From positions 1-49,177 of the forward strand of contig JBHLKN010000002.1 in assembly GCA_048886645.1 (NCBI GenBank): 49,177 bases of DNA. The letters run 5' to 3'. The notes beneath the pieces were generated by a model, which searched no databases, had not been told where the DNA came from, and saw only the letters and a program-made list of their open reading frames with translations. This stretch comes from Candidatus Hodarchaeota archaeon (lineage in GTDB: Archaea > Asgardarchaeota > Wukongarchaeia > Wukongarchaeales > Wukongarchaeaceae). Both the position numbers and the translations under genes were made by a program. Positions 46,305 to 49,177 of the stretch are shown here, piece by piece; positions within the stretch are counted from its first letter, which is position 1, and each line of letters opens with the position of its first letter.

Positions 46305-46841
46305 TTGGTTGCTGAAAAAAACTTTAAAATTCTTTATAAACTTCCAAAATCCCTCCGCTCTGAACTTAAAGCTCCCTTAGGGCGTCTTATTAAAGCTGGT
46401 ATTTATCAATCTATTCGCGAAGAACTATCAAAGGAAAAAAATTCAAGACTTATAACTGTAGGCGATGTTTCTACAGAAACCCTCGTAAAAGCAAATATTA
46501 TACCTCACGTAGCTATTGTTGATAATAAAGTGGGAAGAATACCGAGGAATAAGGAGGTTGAAGTACCAGGGTCTATAACGATTGATGCGCAAAACCCCGC
46601 CGCTACGATAACTGAAGAAGCATGGAAAGCCATAAAAAACGCTTTAGAAAGCAAGAATCAGCCAGTAAAAGTAGTGATCAAAGGCGAAGAAGACCTTCTT
46701 GTGATCCCTGCGGTGATCGAAGCGCCTATTAACACCTTAATATGCTACGGGCAACCTGATGAAGGAGTAGTATTAATAAGAGTGACTGAAAGTGTTAAAG
46801 ATAAGTTTCAAAAAATCCTCAACCAGATGCAAACAGAATAA
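46305..46841 (+). CDS. DUF359/COG1909 protein (archaeal GTP-dependent dephospho-CoA kinase family)
   Basis: LITVGDVSTETLVKANIIPHVAIVDNKVGR and GEEDLLVIPAV. The gene takes the conserved position after spt4. Confidence 0.8.
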   Translation: MVAEKNFKILYKLPKSLRSELKAPLGRLIKAGIYQSIREELSKEKNSRLITVGDVSTETLVKANIIPHVAIVDNKVGRIPRNKEVEVPGSITIDAQNPAATITEEAWKAIKNALESKNQPVKVVIKGEEDLLVIPAVIEAPINTLICYGQPDEGVVLIRVTESVKDKFQKILNQMQTE

Positions 46842-46968
46842 ACTAAATTAAAAAATTTTATAAACAAATGATTTAAGTTTAAATCTACGGCTCTTTCATT
46901 AAGAAAAGAGAAAGAGGAAGGTAAGATAATTTTTAACTTAAAAAAATGAAAAGGAGAACGCGCTCCCT

Positions 46969-47268
46969 ATGGAAATTGAGGTAATCGAAGATAAAAAGAA
47001 TCCCTTACTTTACAGGCAGGAAATCAGTTTTATAATCCATCATCCGGAGGAGGCAACGCCTTCAAGGTATGATGTAAGAAAAAAGATAGCAGCAAAATTT
47101 AATGCGGACGTAGAACGCACATTTATACGTTCTATTCTAAGCGAGTATGGTTCTGCTACTTCAAAGGGCGAAGCAGCTATCTACGATAGTAATGAGCTTG
47201 CAGAAAAAATAGAAGAAGAGCATATTAGAAAAAGAAATCAATCAAAAGAAACTGAAGAAGCAAGTTAA
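46969..47268 (+). CDS. rps24e: Ribosomal protein S24e (eS24)
   Basis: EIEVIEDKKNPLLYRQEISFIIHH...ATPSRYDVRKKIAAKF...GEAAIYDS. Confidence 0.95.
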   Translation: MEIEVIEDKKNPLLYRQEISFIIHHPEEATPSRYDVRKKIAAKFNADVERTFIRSILSEYGSATSKGEAAIYDSNELAEKIEEEHIRKRNQSKETEEAS

Positions 47269-47297
47269 TAAAAATGAAGTGAGAGGTTCGTTCTAAA

Positions 47298-47468
47298 ATG
47301 GTTTGGAAATATTATGATGCTTCAGAGGGTAAGCTTACCCGGTTAAAAAAGGAATGTCCTCGTTGTAAAGGATCTTTTCTTGCAGAGCACAAAGACCGGC
47401 TTAGTTGTGGTAGGTGTGGCTTCACAGAGTTTAAGAAAAAAGGGAAAGAAGCTAAAAAAGGAGAGTAG
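47298..47468 (+). CDS. rps27ae: Ribosomal protein S27ae (eS31), 56 aa; below the ORF-track length cutoff
   Basis: Hand translation gives [56 protein letters not shown]. It has a CPRC...CGRC zinc ribbon and follows rps24e as usual. Confidence 0.9.
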   Translation: MVWKYYDASEGKLTRLKKECPRCKGSFLAEHKDRLSCGRCGFTEFKKKGKEAKKGE

Positions 47469-47522
47469 TAAATAAATCTAAATCCCTATTAGTAGGCTAA
47501 TTTTTGTTTCTGGGGGGAATGG

Positions 47523-48524
47523 ATGAAGTTGTCACTAATATGTTTAGGATTGGAAGGAACTGCTCACACTTTCGGAGCGGGCATAGTAACATCAGAGGGC
47601 GATATTTTAGCCAACGAAATTTCAACTTATGTCCCCGTAACCGGCGGGATTCATCCTAGGGAGGCTGCTCAACATCATAGTGCTGTAGCCAGTCAAGTTC
47701 TACAATCTGCCCTCCTTAAAGCTGGAATATCCGGCGAAGATTTGGACATTATAGCCTTTTCCCAGGGCCCAGGTCTTGGTCCCTGTTTAAGAACTACTGC
47801 TGTAGTAGCTCGGGCTCTTTCTACCTTATTTGACATACCCTTAGTGGGAGTAAATCACTGTCTTGCCCATATTGAAATCGGAAGACTCTTAACTGGGGCA
47901 AAGGATCCTATAACTCTTTATGTTTCTGGGGGAAACACCATTGTTTCTGCTTTTGCTGATAAAAGGTATAGGGTTTTTGGAGAAACGATCGATATACCAG
48001 TAGGAAATGCTTTGGATATGTTTGGTCGGGAGGCAGGATTGCAACATCCAGGAGGTCCAAAAGTAGAGGCTTTGGCGAGAAGGGGTAAGAAGCTTGTAGA
48101 GCTTCCATACATAGTTAAGGGTATGGATCTTTCTTTTTCTGGCTTGGTTACCGCGGCTATAAGAAAATTGAAGGAGGAAAAAGAACAACTTGAGGATGTG
48201 TGTTTTAGCTTACAAGAATATGCTTTTTCAATGCTTGTAGAAGTAACCGAGCGTGCAATAGCTCACACTCAAAAGAAAGAGCTCCTCCTCACAGGAGGTG
48301 TAGCTCAAAACAAAAGATTACAAGAAATGTTGCAAGAAGTAGCAAAAGAACAGGAAGCAGCTTTTTATACAGTACCTAAAGAAGTGGCAGGAGACAATGG
48401 CGCAAAGATTGCGTGGACTGGAATCCTCCTATACAAATATGGAAAAACTATCCCTGTGGAAAAAAGTTTAGTGGATCCAAAATGGAGACTTGACGCAGTA
48501 GAAATCCCATGGCCCATGGAATAA
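47523..48524 (+). CDS. kae1: Kae1, tRNA N6-adenosine threonylcarbamoyltransferase
   Basis: ICLGLEGTAHTFGAGIV, GGIHPREAAQHH, VNHCLAHIEIG, GGVAQNKRL. Confidence 0.95.
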   Translation: MKLSLICLGLEGTAHTFGAGIVTSEGDILANEISTYVPVTGGIHPREAAQHHSAVASQVLQSALLKAGISGEDLDIIAFSQGPGLGPCLRTTAVVARALSTLFDIPLVGVNHCLAHIEIGRLLTGAKDPITLYVSGGNTIVSAFADKRYRVFGETIDIPVGNALDMFGREAGLQHPGGPKVEALARRGKKLVELPYIVKGMDLSFSGLVTAAIRKLKEEKEQLEDVCFSLQEYAFSMLVEVTERAIAHTQKKELLLTGGVAQNKRLQEMLQEVAKEQEAAFYTVPKEVAGDNGAKIAWTGILLYKYGKTIPVEKSLVDPKWRLDAVEIPWPME

Positions 48525-48566
48525 CAGGTTAAGATAAGCATATTATCATTTTTGGTGAATTTTTTG

Positions 48567-49177
48567 GTGATCCCTCTTGATTTGATAGCAAAGGGTGCTG
48601 AGGCAAATCTCTATAGGGGTGAGTGGTTTGGCAGAAATGTTATTTTTAAGGAGCGAGTCAGGAAAAATTATCGTTTGCCTGACCTTGATTTATGGTTGCG
48701 CCAGCAAAGAACCGCCGCTGAATCAAAGTTGTTATCGGCGGCAAAAAAGTGTGGAGTAAGCACGCCTACAATTTATGAAATTGATATGAAAAAAACCACT
48801 ATCATCATGGAATATATCGAGGGTGATAGGGTGAAAGAGTTGTTGAATAACGAGTTAAATGAGGATAAAAAAGTCATTTGTAGAAAAATAGGCGACTCTT
48901 TAGGGAAGCTTCATAAAAACGGCATTATCCATGGTGATCCTACCACAAGTAATTTCATATACGCCCATGGAAAGATTTTTTTTGTAGATTTCGGTTTAGG
49001 GGTTTTTTCAGACAGTTTAGAGGACGCATCTGTCGACCTACATCTTTTAAAACGAGCTTTGGAAAGCACTCATTTTAAAATAGCAGAAGAGTGTTTTTCC
49101 GAAATCCGTGCAGGTTACGCTCAAATAGTTAGTTCTGAACATACTAAAGAAATTTTTGATAACGTTGAAAAAATACG
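48567..49177 (+). CDS. bud32: Bud32 (PRPK) atypical kinase, partial at window edge
   Basis: LIAKGAEANLYRG (Gly-rich loop), VIFKER, IIHGDPTTSNFI (catalytic loop), FVDFGLG. The start is ambiguous among TTG/GTG codons at 48552-48567. There is no stop before 49177. Confidence 0.9.
   Translation, partial: MIPLDLIAKGAEANLYRGEWFGRNVIFKERVRKNYRLPDLDLWLRQQRTAAESKLLSAAKKCGVSTPTIYEIDMKKTTIIMEYIEGDRVKELLNNELNEDKKVICRKIGDSLGKLHKNGIIHGDPTTSNFIYAHGKIFFVDFGLGVFSDSLEDASVDLHLLKRALESTHFKIAEECFSEIRAGYAQIVSSEHTKEIFDNVEKI

Noticed and set aside
1-49177. CRISPR arrays, rRNA genes, transposases, integrases or prophage modules
   Set aside because: I saw no regularly spaced direct repeats, no rRNA-like GC-rich blocks and no recognisable transposase, integrase or capsid motifs on either strand.

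Overview
This is an AT-rich archaeal chromosomal segment. About 50 genes are packed tightly, TTG and GTG starts are frequent, and GGAGG/GGTG Shine-Dalgarno-like motifs are common. The right third (40.1-49.2 kb) is the conserved archaeal information-processing neighbourhood: rps6e, aIF2-gamma, Fcf1-like PIN, Rpo7, Spt4, DUF359 dephospho-CoA kinase, rps24e, rps27ae, Kae1, Bud32. hppA and a small repeat protein interrupt it on the opposite strand. The middle holds housekeeping genes: ileS, leuCD-type dehydratase, aIF5B, rpl15e, RNase P proteins Rpp30 and Pop5, an RCK K+ channel, and redox enzymes. Three features point to an Asgard (Loki-like) archaeon (inference): a two-domain gelsolin protein, two MglA/CvnD-type small GTPases, and a tRNA-Lys with two introns. 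The most unusual region is 1-7943. It holds a STAND-type NTPase-TPR gene translationally coupled to a 505-aa helical-repeat protein. Next comes an ORF of more than 1126 aa, absent from the ORF track because it runs off the window, that fuses a TrmB-like winged helix to the same kind of repeat. An atypical MglA-family GTPase is transcribed divergently. Other notable items: a receptor-like surface protein with a cytoplasmic longin/roadblock-like domain, bracketed by diverged direct repeats of a methyltransferase tail plus tRNA-Lys; a ferredoxin-fused radical SAM enzyme coupled to an RlmF/METTL16-like methyltransferase; two genes with in-frame TGA codons; and two candidate structured RNAs. All family names come from motif recognition by eye. 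No database search was possible.
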